A DNA stretch of 64,000 nt. It comes from an uncultured cyanobacterium. GTDB lineage: Bacteria > Cyanobacteriota > Cyanobacteriia > PCC-9006 > JAAUQQ01. Under the pieces are notes generated by a model. That model saw only the letters and a program-made list of their open reading frames with translations, ran no database searches and was not told the origin of the DNA. Location: positions 5,312,001-5,376,000 of the forward strand of contig OY970368.1 in the NCBI GenBank assembly GCA_963718615.1, read 5' to 3'. Made by a program: the position numbers and the translations under genes. This document shows positions 49,157 to 59,100 of the stretch, in pieces (position 1 is the stretch's first letter; each line of letters starts with the position of its first letter).

Positions 49157-50164
49157 TCAAGAAACCGCTTGGGCTGCAACTCGGTTTGCGTCCCACTTGC
49201 GGGGCTCACTAGCCCGACGAATATTCCGCCAGATCTGGGTTGCGGCCAAGGTTCCATCTGCAACGGCGATCGAAACTTGGTTGAGTCCTTGCTTCAAATC
49301 ACCGAGGGCAAAGATCCGCTCGTGGCTTGTTTGGGTCATCGTATTGGTGACTAAACTCTCGCCTTCCCACTCCAGCCCCGCAATCCCCTTGAGATAGTGA
49401 TTGTGGTAGATCGAGCCCATGTTGACCAGCCCTGTGGTTGCCTCCACGACGGTGCCATCCACGAGCTCCACGCCGCTCATCTTGTGGTTTTCTCCGAGGA
49501 AGCGCGCAATCGGTTGTTCATACAGCGGATAGCCATGGTCTGCCAGTTTTTGCTTCATCGCATCACTCACGGAAACCAGTCCATGGGTTAAAACCGAAAT
49601 GTAGGGCGTAAACCAATTCAACACAAAGGCCGCGTTGATTTGACCTTCGGTGCCTGCGATCAAAACGGCCTTTTGATCCCACATATCAAAGCCATCACAA
49701 ATCATGCAAACATGGAGCGTGTAGCCTGCATAATCGTAGACATTTTGCATGTTATCAAGCTGGGGCAAGTTGTCGATAATGCCTGAGGCTGCAATCAAAT
49801 ATTTGCTGCGGAAGACGGGATAGGTACTGTCCTTTTTGCCAACTTTAACCCGTACCGCTAAGGTATCCCCTTCATCGGTCACGTCCTCGACATAGCCGCG
49901 CAAATGATCCGCGCCCCAATCAAGTGCTTGTTTGGTGGCATGGTTGAGAATATCGCGACCGGGGGTATCCGGCTCTAAACCTACGTAGTTGCGGAGATCC
50001 TGCATCCAGAGCGATCGCCCCCGGCCCTTTTCTATCACTAAACAATTCAAACCATAGCGAGCCAAGTAAATGGCAGCGGAAAGCCCACCCATACCGCCCC
50101 CCACGACGATGGCGTCATAGACTGTACCCAGGCGGGTATCAAGATTTTTACTAGTGAGTTTCAT
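49157..50164 (-). CDS. Thioredoxin-reductase-like NAD(P)/FAD oxidoreductase
   Basis: GGGMGG, CMICDG redox motif and FALGD. Confidence 0.9.
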   Translation of the reverse strand: MKLTSKNLDTRLGTVYDAIVVGGGMGGLSAAIYLARYGLNCLVIEKGRGRSLWMQDLRNYVGLEPDTPGRDILNHATKQALDWGADHLRGYVEDVTDEGDTLAVRVKVGKKDSTYPVFRSKYLIAASGIIDNLPQLDNMQNVYDYAGYTLHVCMICDGFDMWDQKAVLIAGTEGQINAAFVLNWFTPYISVLTHGLVSVSDAMKQKLADHGYPLYEQPIARFLGENHKMSGVELVDGTVVEATTGLVNMGSIYHNHYLKGIAGLEWEGESLVTNTMTQTSHERIFALGDLKQGLNQVSIAVADGTLAATQIWRNIRRASEPRKWDANRVAAQAVS

Positions 50165-50248
50165 CGTTCCTGCGCTCCACTAATCCGGCTGCATGGCTCA
50201 AAGCCTGAAATTGGCAAAGAGGGTGTATTAATTTTACCCCTCTTTACC

Positions 50249-50300
50249 TTGGACTATTCCTTTGGACTATTCCTTTGGACGACTCCCTTGGGTTGATTCC
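50249..50300. repeat. 13-bp tandem repeat
   Basis: TTGGACTATTCCT twice plus degenerate copies. Confidence 0.75.
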
Positions 50301-50339
50301 CTAGGACCACCATCCTCAGAACTCACGGACGGGCATTGA

Positions 50340-50912
50340 CTAGCCCACAAACGCTAGGCGAGGAGCTGAAACGCCTTCAGATTGTGTGCCCTTGAGATAA
50401 GCGAGCATCGTGTCTGCATCAGAGACTTCAAAGGGGTCGATGGGGCAGTTGTCACCGAAGTCAGATTCAACAAAGATGTTCTCGATGGTGCCGTCGTTCA
50501 CGAGCATTGAATAGCGCCAAGACCGCATGCCAAAGCCGAGGTTAGACTTATCGACGAGCATGCCCATTTTGCGGGTAAATTCGCCATTGCCATCGGGGAG
50601 CAAAAAGACATTCTTCGCACCGATTTGCTTACCCCACTGGAACATCACAAAGGCATCATTGACCGAGACGCAAATGATTTGGTCAACGCCTTGGGCTTGG
50701 AACTCTTCGTACAGTTCTTCGTAGCGAGGCAGGTGATTAGAGGAGCAGGTGGGAGTGAAAGCACCGGGTAGGGAGAAAACTACAACCTTCTTTCCGCCAA
50801 AAATATCTTGGGTGGTTTTGTCTTCCCAGCGATAGGGATTGGGACCTTCTACAGACTCATCCCGAACGCGGGTTTTGAATACAACATTGGGTACACGTTC
50901 AATAACGGCCAT
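50340..50912 (-). CDS. Type II peroxiredoxin
   Basis: [18 protein letters not shown] and GMRSWRYSM motifs. Confidence 0.95.
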   Translation of the reverse strand: MAVIERVPNVVFKTRVRDESVEGPNPYRWEDKTTQDIFGGKKVVVFSLPGAFTPTCSSNHLPRYEELYEEFQAQGVDQIICVSVNDAFVMFQWGKQIGAKNVFLLPDGNGEFTRKMGMLVDKSNLGFGMRSWRYSMLVNDGTIENIFVESDFGDNCPIDPFEVSDADTMLAYLKGTQSEGVSAPRLAFVG

Positions 50913-51030
50913 AGCTACCTCTTTTGCGTTTTTACCTGTGTAAGACTTCAAAACGATTTTCCAAGTTTGGCTTAAAGCTTTGCCTTGGACCTTTAGCTTG
51001 GAGCTGCGTTTTTAGCGGTCGTTACTTAAT

Positions 51031-51079
51031 TCAGAATAATTCTGAGTTAGGAATTGATCAATGAGTAAAATTACTCATT
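51031..51079. promoter_or_regulatory. Probable PerR/Fur operator region
   Basis: Perfect 7-1-7 palindrome TCAGAAT-A-ATTCTGA (51031-51045) and 9-2-9 palindrome AATGAGTAA-AA-TTACTCATT (51060-51079) between the divergent prx and perR genes. Confidence 0.7.
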
Positions 51080-51226
51080 CTTTATTTTTTATCCTATGAT
51101 TTTTCTATTCTGAGAAAGGAATGTTATCGTTGAAGAGTAAGGCTAGGCAATGGAATTCGGTCCTACAAATTCAGTCCTGATCAGTCCTGAAATATACCGG
51201 AGGGTCCGTAGCGGGGGGAAAGAGAC

Positions 51227-51640
51227 ATGCAGCGTCAAGCAGATAAGGTTGTGCAAATCCTCAAGGCAAAAGGATTGCGGGTGACGCCGCAGCGGTTTGC
51301 TGTGTATGCCAATCTGCTGGAGCGTACAGACCATCCCACAGCGGAACAAATTTTGCATGATTTGAACCAAGCAGCGCCGACCTCTTCCCAGGCGACGGTG
51401 TATAGCTCGTTACAGGCGTTGCGGGATGTGGGCCTAGTGCGGGAGGTGCTGTTGGAGGAAGGGGTTTGTCGCTACGATGCCAATGTGGGGCCGCATCACC
51501 ATTTTCGCTGTAGGTGTTGTGGGGCCATCGAGGATATTGCTTGGGAGCAATTGCAAGGGGTGGCGATCGAGCGACTGCGACCGGGTTTGCAAGTGGATGC
51601 CTATGAGATTACGGTCCATGGGGTGTGCGATCGCTGCTAG
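51227..51640 (+). CDS. perR: Fur-family peroxide regulator
   Basis: GLRVTPQR, HPTAE, ATVY, HHHFRCRCC and CDRC motifs; divergent from the peroxiredoxin. Confidence 0.85.
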   Translation: MQRQADKVVQILKAKGLRVTPQRFAVYANLLERTDHPTAEQILHDLNQAAPTSSQATVYSSLQALRDVGLVREVLLEEGVCRYDANVGPHHHFRCRCCGAIEDIAWEQLQGVAIERLRPGLQVDAYEITVHGVCDRC

Positions 51641-51776
51641 TCCCACTAGACAACATCCGGACAGTTTTAGGTAGCTATAGTGTTGTACTGGCATAGGTCT
51701 GGACCAGCAAGGAGTCTGCAGAGCAACCTGATAAGCGATCGCTCACAACATTGTGTCCCAACCAATTGGGTAGGGA

Positions 51777-52355
51777 TTATTTGCGGACAAGGACGGGGGG
51801 GAACGATACCGATTGGGCCATTTTCACCAAACCATAGACCAAAACCATCCCCAACAGCCCCAACGCCATCGCCAGCGGTGCAATGTTCTGCATCCACAGG
51901 ATAATTAAACCGATTCCCACCCCATCGGCGATCAGCACCGGTAAGCGGGGACGAATCCCAAAGGGCACGATCGCCCCCCAACCCAACTCCCAGATCGCCC
52001 CATAAAACCCTGCTAGCTCAATCCCGATGGTACTCCATGTAACCCAGCGAAATCGCTGCAAGCTTGGATCTGCGGTGAAGTTTGGGATCTGTTGAACCTG
52101 ATCAATTTGCTGTAAATCGACGATCGCCATGCGAGCTTGGTCGAGACCGAGGAGGATGAGGGCGATCGCAAGGTAAGACGCTCCTGTTTCGGTTGAATCG
52201 CTCGGGGGGAATCCACCGAAGAGCATTTGCCAGGCGATCGCCCCTAGGGCCGGTAGAAAGAGAACTAGGATTATGACAAGACGTTGTTGCATCACGAAGA
52301 AAAAAGACACAATTCGACCCATTGCCGATTTTAGGGATGAATCTCGTGGAGACAT
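51777..52355 (-). CDS. Hypothetical membrane protein
   Basis: Several TM segments and a QARMAIVDL motif. Start uncertain. Confidence 0.65.
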   Translation of the reverse strand: MSPRDSSLKSAMGRIVSFFFVMQQRLVIILVLFLPALGAIAWQMLFGGFPPSDSTETGASYLAIALILLGLDQARMAIVDLQQIDQVQQIPNFTADPSLQRFRWVTWSTIGIELAGFYGAIWELGWGAIVPFGIRPRLPVLIADGVGIGLIILWMQNIAPLAMALGLLGMVLVYGLVKMAQSVSFPPVLVRK

Positions 52356-52533
52356 GGCATGTTCCTACGTTATGGCATGCGATGTCCCTGGGTTGGCGAT
52401 CGCGATCCATTCAAGCTAATCCACTCACCCCGTTCACGACTCCGCAGGAAATGTACGGTTTATAACCTTAATCTTCCGTAAAAGGCAGTACATCCTCTGA
52501 ATAACCAAATAAATACGTTTTTCTGCCCTGCCC

Positions 52534-54123
52534 ATGATGCCCTCCCCTCCTACGCCCCTGGTTCCCCGAACGCCAGCCCAGGACCCTGTACCATCCCCAG
52601 CAGCTCACCTTCCCCCTCAACTGGTGGGTCGGGTCCAGCAGCGCCATTCGATCGCCCGTCGTTTAACCATTTTTTATGTGGCTTCCTTGAGTGCGATCGC
52701 CGGACTCTCGATCACAGGACAGTTTTTGATCCAGCGGGCATTGGGTCAGCAGACAACCGATATTCAGATTATTCAATCCACGCTGGAGCAGAAGGAAAAC
52801 GTTGGTGCTACTATTCATGCCCTGCGCGAATTGCAGCAAACCTCCGACACAGAGGACCGTCAACCCGCGATCCAAAACCTATCGAATCAAATCCAAACGG
52901 TCAAAACGAGCTGGCAAGTCTTGCAAACCTTGTCTATAGCTTCTGCATCGCGCTCAGGAGGTCGTCAGAGCCAGGTACAGGTAATGGTTCAGCAACTCCG
53001 TCCCTCCTATAAAGCGGTCTTGGCTCATCTGGAGTCAGCGCTCGATCGGGAACAGCATCAATCCCCTCAACAGCTCGAACTCCGGCAATCGCGTAGATTG
53101 AATCGAGTACGGTTTATTCAGGAGAGCCTAACGGGTCAATCAACGCCTGTCCCATTGACACGGACTTCAACGCCGCCCAATGTATTGCCACCTGGCAAGC
53201 CACTGCAAAGGTTAGAAGAACAGTATCTGCATGAGATTGATCAGCGGTTGGAGGACTATAACAACAGCATCGCCGCCAATGTAGAACAACTTAAAAAGCT
53301 AGAGCTGATCCTCCTGGCTGTAACGTTAGTGGTCCTGGTCCTGGAAGGCCTACTGATTTTTCAGCCTGCGGTTCAGCAAACCCATGATTCCCTTGCAGCA
53401 TTGGCACTGTCCCTAGACCAAACCCAGAGAACCACTGCTCAGTTGGCTAGTGAACAAAAGAAATCCGAAAAGTTACTGCTCAATATTTTGCCCCCGTCGA
53501 TCGCCCAACGCCTGAAACAAAAACACCAGCCGATCGCCGACGCCTTTGATGATGTCACGGTTTTATTTGCGGATATTGTCGGCTTTACCGAGCTCTCTAG
53601 CCAGATTCCCCCCCAAGAATTGGTGCAGTTGCTCAACCTAATTTTTTCGGCCTTTGATACCCTAGTCGAAGCGTATGGTTTAGAAAAGATTAAGACCATT
53701 GGTGATGCCTATATGGTAGTGGGTGGATTGCCCCAGCCCCGAGCCGACCATGCAGAAGCGATCGCCGCCCTCGCCCTCGACATGCAGGCGGAAGTCGCCC
53801 GCTTCAACGAAGAAACAGGTTGCTCCCTCAATATCCGGATTGGGATTAACTCAGGGCCAGTGGTTGCAGGGGTAATTGGTATTAAGAAATTTATTTATGA
53901 TCTTTGGGGCGATACGGTGAACTTAGCCAGCCGCATGGAATCCCATGGAGAACCGGGGCAAATTCAGATTACCCAGAGTACTTATGGATTGATTTGCGAT
54001 CGCTACGATATTCAGCCCCGAGGCACGATTCAGGTCAAGGGCAAAGGGGAAACGGTAACTTACTGGGTCATCGGCCATAAAGGGTATCAAGGTTATCGCG
54101 CGAGGGAGGCGATCGCCGCCTAA
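52534..54123 (+). CDS. Membrane-bound class III adenylate/guanylate cyclase
   Basis: LLLNILP, FADIVGFT, KIKTIGDAYM and YDLWGDTVNLASRMES motifs. Confidence 0.95.
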   Translation: MMPSPPTPLVPRTPAQDPVPSPAAHLPPQLVGRVQQRHSIARRLTIFYVASLSAIAGLSITGQFLIQRALGQQTTDIQIIQSTLEQKENVGATIHALRELQQTSDTEDRQPAIQNLSNQIQTVKTSWQVLQTLSIASASRSGGRQSQVQVMVQQLRPSYKAVLAHLESALDREQHQSPQQLELRQSRRLNRVRFIQESLTGQSTPVPLTRTSTPPNVLPPGKPLQRLEEQYLHEIDQRLEDYNNSIAANVEQLKKLELILLAVTLVVLVLEGLLIFQPAVQQTHDSLAALALSLDQTQRTTAQLASEQKKSEKLLLNILPPSIAQRLKQKHQPIADAFDDVTVLFADIVGFTELSSQIPPQELVQLLNLIFSAFDTLVEAYGLEKIKTIGDAYMVVGGLPQPRADHAEAIAALALDMQAEVARFNEETGCSLNIRIGINSGPVVAGVIGIKKFIYDLWGDTVNLASRMESHGEPGQIQITQSTYGLICDRYDIQPRGTIQVKGKGETVTYWVIGHKGYQGYRAREAIAA

Positions 54124-54136
54124 TCGATTAAATCCT

Positions 54137-55516
54137 TCAAGCATCGTGGGACTGGATCAAACTTTTCCAGACCAGCTTAGGCGCGAACAAAATGGTAGGC
54201 GGTTTGACCAAATGAGCCACCTCAATGAAGGCCCGATGCGCTTCAGCACTGGTTAACGAGAGGTGAAGAATGCGATCGAAATAGTTTTGGAACTTGCGCG
54301 TGAGCCATCCCGGTCGTTTTCCTTCGGTATCGGGCCAGCGAAAGTCTTCTCCTGTAGCCATCAGCCAAGGGGTCTTTAGGCTTTTTGCCAGTTGTTGCTG
54401 AAAAGTTTTCTCCCAGCCTGTTGTTGTCGCCAGTCGCTTCGAATGTTGTAGCACTTGATCTAGTGTCATCGCACCCAAGGCGGCGGCGGTCATGCCTTGG
54501 CCATAGACCGGATTGAAACAGCAAACCGCATCGCCCAGGGCAATGATACCCTGGGGCATGACCGAGAGTTGTTCGTAATGTCGCCACTGGTTTTCGGTGC
54601 GGCGATAACAGTAAATCTCAGAGCAGGGCTCAGCGGTTTTTAGAAGGTCATACAACATTGGATGGCGCAGGCTTTGGGCAAAGGCGAGAAAGCCTGCCTC
54701 ATCGCTAGGCGGGTGGTCTCCGGCAATCCCGGACAGAGTTACGATCCAACGGCCCTCCTCAACGGGATAGAGCACGCCACCTCGTTTGGATTCTCCAAGT
54801 TTTGCGCCAATCAGGATGCCTTGGGCGATCGCCTCAGCCGGTCGTTTATACCAGCGGCTAGTATAGCCGAGAAACGAATTGACATTTGTCTCTGGGGGTT
54901 GCTCATAGCCTAAGGCTGCGAGCCAACGCGTTAATGGAGAATTACGACCTGTTGCATCAACAATTAGGTCAGCCTCTAAGATCTCGCGCGCAGACTGAGT
55001 TTGTAGCACAACACCAGCGATCCGCTGAGACGCATCATCACTGAGAACCAAATCCTTGGCATAGGTTCCTGGCCGTAGACAAAACCGTTCCTGGGTTTCG
55101 AGACGCTGCCGAATAGACCATTCCAACAACAAACGACTACAGCACAATCCTGCTAATCCCGAATCATGCCGTTCGAGCCAGCCATCCATACCATAAAAGT
55201 GCCAGTCCGCAATCCAGTCCAGGGGAATCCCACCGGCTGCGACGAGCTCATCCACTAATCCTGGAAAAAGCTGCTCTAGAATCTGTTGGCCCTGCAAAAG
55301 CAAACCATGAACATGCTGATCTTGGGGAACACCGGGACGAGTCGCAGGTTGATCGGGACACTGATCCCGTTCAATCAGTGTGACGCGATCGAAATGATCT
55401 AACAAAACACGAGCGGCCAATAACCCGGCGATACTCCCCCCCAAAACCACGGCATGGTCAAAGACTTGGCTTGGAACCAAGTCAGAAGTCTTTGAGGTAA
55501 ACCAATCCTTAGACAT
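54137..55516 (-). CDS. FAD-dependent oxidoreductase
   Basis: GGSIAG, DATGR and GDAVCCFNPVYGQGM motifs. Confidence 0.9.
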   Translation of the reverse strand: MSKDWFTSKTSDLVPSQVFDHAVVLGGSIAGLLAARVLLDHFDRVTLIERDQCPDQPATRPGVPQDQHVHGLLLQGQQILEQLFPGLVDELVAAGGIPLDWIADWHFYGMDGWLERHDSGLAGLCCSRLLLEWSIRQRLETQERFCLRPGTYAKDLVLSDDASQRIAGVVLQTQSAREILEADLIVDATGRNSPLTRWLAALGYEQPPETNVNSFLGYTSRWYKRPAEAIAQGILIGAKLGESKRGGVLYPVEEGRWIVTLSGIAGDHPPSDEAGFLAFAQSLRHPMLYDLLKTAEPCSEIYCYRRTENQWRHYEQLSVMPQGIIALGDAVCCFNPVYGQGMTAAALGAMTLDQVLQHSKRLATTTGWEKTFQQQLAKSLKTPWLMATGEDFRWPDTEGKRPGWLTRKFQNYFDRILHLSLTSAEAHRAFIEVAHLVKPPTILFAPKLVWKSLIQSHDA

Positions 55517-55635
55517 TCGGTTAGCGGTAAATCCTAATCGTTAAGACTGTGTACGCTTCCACTCTAGCGGTAGATTTAAAAAATGCAGAATACGACTCTG
55601 CCGTTAATTCAGGTGATTCAGGAGTGCAAACCCGT

Positions 55636-56580
55636 ATGGCAATCGATATAGCTTGTCCAGATTTCACCTCAGACCCCGCTTACCAAAACGCGGATTGGCC
55701 GATTCAGGTGGAGGCGATCGCCGCCAACGGTCTCACCTTCGAGGTCCATACCTGCGGTACCGGTGCCAAACTTGCGCTCTGCCTGCATGGCTTCCCGGAA
55801 CATGCCTATTCTTGGCGATATCAGCTTCCCCGTTTGGCTCAACTGGGCTATAAAGCCTGGGCTCCTTGTTTGCGAGGCTACGGTCAGTCCAGCCGTCCTG
55901 AAGGAATAGCGGCCTATGAAATCGATTGCTTGCTTGCAGATGTGGCGGCCCTCATCGATGTATCAGAAACAGAATCAACTGTATTGGTGGGACATGATTG
56001 GGGGGGAGCGATCGCCTGGATGTTTGCCCTGCAACAAATCCGTCCCCTCGAACGCCTAGTGATTATGAATGTGCCCCATCCTCTCTTGTTTCGTCAGGGT
56101 GCGCGGCAATATCCTCAGTTTTTGCGATCGTGGTACATTCTCTTTTTTCAACTTCCCCAAGTGCCAGAGTTATGGCTAGGGCGCAAAGGAGCACAACGGA
56201 TTGCTTCGGCATTTCGGGACATGGCGATCGACAAAAGCAAGTTTCCGCCAGAAGTGTTACAGATCTATCAGCAAAATGCGTTGCAGCCTGGTGCACTAAC
56301 GGCCATGGTCAATTACTATCGAGCTAATTTCAAAATATTTGCAGATCCCCCTTCAGCATCGCTCCAGCAACAGCTCACGACATCAATCAAGACACCTACA
56401 CTCATGCTTTGGGGAGAAGCAGACAGTGCCTTAGGCAAAGAGTTGACCCATGGCACCGAAGAGCTGGTTGAAGATTTTACAATTTACTATTTGCCCCAGG
56501 TTTCCCATTGGGTACAGCAGGAAGCCCCGGAGCAAGTTAATCGCTTGTTGGTGGACTGGCTGATGTCATCTATTATCTAA
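55636..56580 (+). CDS. Epoxide-hydrolase-like alpha/beta hydrolase
   Basis: HGFPE, GHDWGG and SHWVQQE motifs. Confidence 0.92.
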   Translation: MAIDIACPDFTSDPAYQNADWPIQVEAIAANGLTFEVHTCGTGAKLALCLHGFPEHAYSWRYQLPRLAQLGYKAWAPCLRGYGQSSRPEGIAAYEIDCLLADVAALIDVSETESTVLVGHDWGGAIAWMFALQQIRPLERLVIMNVPHPLLFRQGARQYPQFLRSWYILFFQLPQVPELWLGRKGAQRIASAFRDMAIDKSKFPPEVLQIYQQNALQPGALTAMVNYYRANFKIFADPPSASLQQQLTTSIKTPTLMLWGEADSALGKELTHGTEELVEDFTIYYLPQVSHWVQQEAPEQVNRLLVDWLMSSII

Positions 56581-56819
56581 AGGGACTCAAACATCGCGGT
56601 AAAGCCTTCCAAGGCCATGCAGGCTTCAACGAATTCCTCGGCGTCGCTCACATCTTCTAGCTTATATTCCATGATGCGGCGCTCGTCACCTTTCATTTTG
56701 CGCGTAATTCCAGCTTCAGCGGTGTAACGGGCGGCGATCGCCTTAAACTCCGCCGAATGAGCTTTCCAAGCCTCAGAAGAACAGTTGATCAAGACTCGCC
56801 ACATTGCTTCAATCCTCAT
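56577..56819 (-). CDS. Small hypothetical protein
   Basis: 80-aa ORF convergent on, and overlapping the stop of, the hydrolase; no motif recognised. Confidence 0.55.
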   Translation of the reverse strand: MRIEAMWRVLINCSSEAWKAHSAEFKAIAARYTAEAGITRKMKGDERRIMEYKLEDVSDAEEFVEACMALEGFTAMFESL

Positions 56820-56979
56820 ACAAGAGCAGGCTCTATCATCCCAGATCTAGGGATGACTTAGGGGCGTGAGTTGTATAAGTTGAGTATAAGGATTTGGTAA
56901 GGGAGAACCAGCAATGGCTGTATTCTCCGAGCAACTTGATACTGTGAGCATGTCACAAATACTACTAAAAAGGTAGAAC

Positions 56980-57762
56980 ATGCAGATCAAGAGGACAGGG
57001 ATTGCTTCAGCCGTTGAGCATCAAGCCGAGCAAAGATCTGGACAAACCTCAGTTCGACCTGAGGCTTTACCCATTGTTTATCGTGAGGGATCTCAGTTGG
57101 GTCTTGTATATCGAATCAAGCCTGAGGTTGCCGCTGCTGCGCTCTCCGATTTACCCTTTGAGCCGCTGATTCTGTGGGGCAAAGCCCTGGTTGTTTTGGG
57201 TGCCTTTGAGTACCGGGATACGGATATCGGTCCCTATGCCGAGATTGGTTTGTGTATGTATGTAAAGCGACCCGGTAGTTCTCCCTCTAAACTACAAGTT
57301 TTGAGAAAGACCAGAGTTGTGGAAGATGTGGCCATGTATGTCTTCAATCTGCCGGTCAATACAGATCTGGCCTGTCGGGCTGGGATGGCGTTGTGGGGGT
57401 ATCCCAAGTACGTCAGTGAAATCCAAACCTCGTTTACGCCAAATCGCGTTGATATACAACTGGGCCAAGAATTCAGGCTAAGTCATGAGCGAGGCTGGGG
57501 GCTGCCGTGGAAAGCGATTCCCTTTATTACCTACTCGATTCTGGAGCAGCGGTTGCTTAGAACCATTACAGAAGTGGATCATCCCGTGCAGATTGGGGGG
57601 GCTCGTACGGTCAAGCTTACCCTCTTGGGAAAAGGTCCTACGGCATCAAAAATGCGTGCTTTAGGACTAGAGCACATGCAGCCGACTTTGGCCTTCCGGA
57701 CAGATGGCCTGAGGAGTATTTTGCCCGCAGGAAAGGATATGGGACCAATCTTAAATTTTTGA
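56980..57762 (+). CDS. Acetoacetate decarboxylase-like family protein
   Basis: Y.DTDIGPY.E, LPVN and G..LWGYPK (Schiff-base lysine) motifs. Confidence 0.82.
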   Translation: MQIKRTGIASAVEHQAEQRSGQTSVRPEALPIVYREGSQLGLVYRIKPEVAAAALSDLPFEPLILWGKALVVLGAFEYRDTDIGPYAEIGLCMYVKRPGSSPSKLQVLRKTRVVEDVAMYVFNLPVNTDLACRAGMALWGYPKYVSEIQTSFTPNRVDIQLGQEFRLSHERGWGLPWKAIPFITYSILEQRLLRTITEVDHPVQIGGARTVKLTLLGKGPTASKMRALGLEHMQPTLAFRTDGLRSILPAGKDMGPILNF

Positions 57763-57836
57763 TAAACCGTATCCCAACCTGCAATACGTCTATTTTCACT
57801 CCCTACAATGAAGGTTTCATCGTCAGGGAGGAGTCC

Positions 57837-59081
57837 ATGCAAGAGCCCATTCGCATCCCTCGGCTTCGTGTCTTACCCAGTACGATTCAGCAACATCCCC
57901 TGCCCATCCGCTGGGGGCAGCTCAACCCGCTGAAACGAGGTCCCCTTCTCACCAATCTGGCCCATAGCACTCAGCGCAATGCCATCGGAGCCCATGGGGG
58001 ATCCTATTCGGTGTATCGGGCGATCGCCGTGGCCCAAGGACAGCTCGACCCAGACCATCGGCCCAACTGGCGCAACACAGACCCCGCCGTCGCCCTTGGC
58101 CCCTATCCCAGTTGGGGCGACCCGGACCGGATTGTGACGCTGGATCCCTTTGGGGCTCAAGTGCCCAACCTGTTTGCAGCCTATCTCTACCGGGGCTACA
58201 ATGTGCAGCCAACCATCGCCGTGACCCAGGCCCATTTGGATATGCCGGAACTGGCTGAAGCCGTGGCGGCGGGGCGGTTGCAGGTGGATGGGAAAATCCT
58301 CAAATCGCCGACGGAACTGAAAGTTACGAAAGCGGCCATCGACCCGGTTTGGTATCTACCCGGCGTAGCTCAACGGCTCGGCGTCACCGAGGAGGCCCTG
58401 CGAGCTGCGCTGTTTTTGCAGACCGGCGGCATGTTTCCGGAACTCACCCAGCGAGAAGACTTAAAAATCTTTTTGCCGCCCATTGGCAATACCACAGCCT
58501 ATATTGTTGGCGACGCAAGAAGTTTAGCCAATCCCCAAGGACCAGTATCCGTGCGCATGCATGACGAATGTAACGGCTCGGATGTGTTTGGCTCTGATAT
58601 CTGTACCTGTCGTCCCTATTTGGCTCAAGGCTTGGAAGAGGGCATTCGGGCGGCCCAAGCGGGAGGCGTTGGGCTAGTGGTCTATTTTCGCAAGGAGGGA
58701 CGATCCCTGGGGGAAGTGACGAAGTATTTGGTTTACAACGCCCGTAAACGGCAGGCAGGGGGCGATCGCGCCAGCACCTATTTTGCCCGGACCGAATGCG
58801 TCGCCGGGGTACAGGATGCTCGCTTTCAGGAACTCATGCCCGATGTGCTGCATTGGCTTGGAGTTCGCCATATCGACCGGCTGATTTCCATGAGTAATCT
58901 CAAATACGATGCGATTATCCGCTCTGGAATCACCGTTGGAGAACGGGTACCGTTGCCCAGCAATTTAATTCCCCAGGACGCCCAGGTGGAAATCGAAGCC
59001 AAAAAGGCTGCTGGCTATTACAGCGAAGATACGCCACCGGATCTGGCCCAATTGGAACAGGTAAAAGGGCGATCGCTCTAA
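57837..59081 (+). CDS. GTP cyclohydrolase II-like protein (URC1 type)
   Basis: N-terminal extension RNAIGAHGGSYSVYRA, RMHDECNGSDVFGSDICTCR and RKEGR motifs. Confidence 0.9.
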   Translation: MQEPIRIPRLRVLPSTIQQHPLPIRWGQLNPLKRGPLLTNLAHSTQRNAIGAHGGSYSVYRAIAVAQGQLDPDHRPNWRNTDPAVALGPYPSWGDPDRIVTLDPFGAQVPNLFAAYLYRGYNVQPTIAVTQAHLDMPELAEAVAAGRLQVDGKILKSPTELKVTKAAIDPVWYLPGVAQRLGVTEEALRAALFLQTGGMFPELTQREDLKIFLPPIGNTTAYIVGDARSLANPQGPVSVRMHDECNGSDVFGSDICTCRPYLAQGLEEGIRAAQAGGVGLVVYFRKEGRSLGEVTKYLVYNARKRQAGGDRASTYFARTECVAGVQDARFQELMPDVLHWLGVRHIDRLISMSNLKYDAIIRSGITVGERVPLPSNLIPQDAQVEIEAKKAAGYYSEDTPPDLAQLEQVKGRSL

Positions 59082-59100
59082 CCCATACCCCATTAAATTT

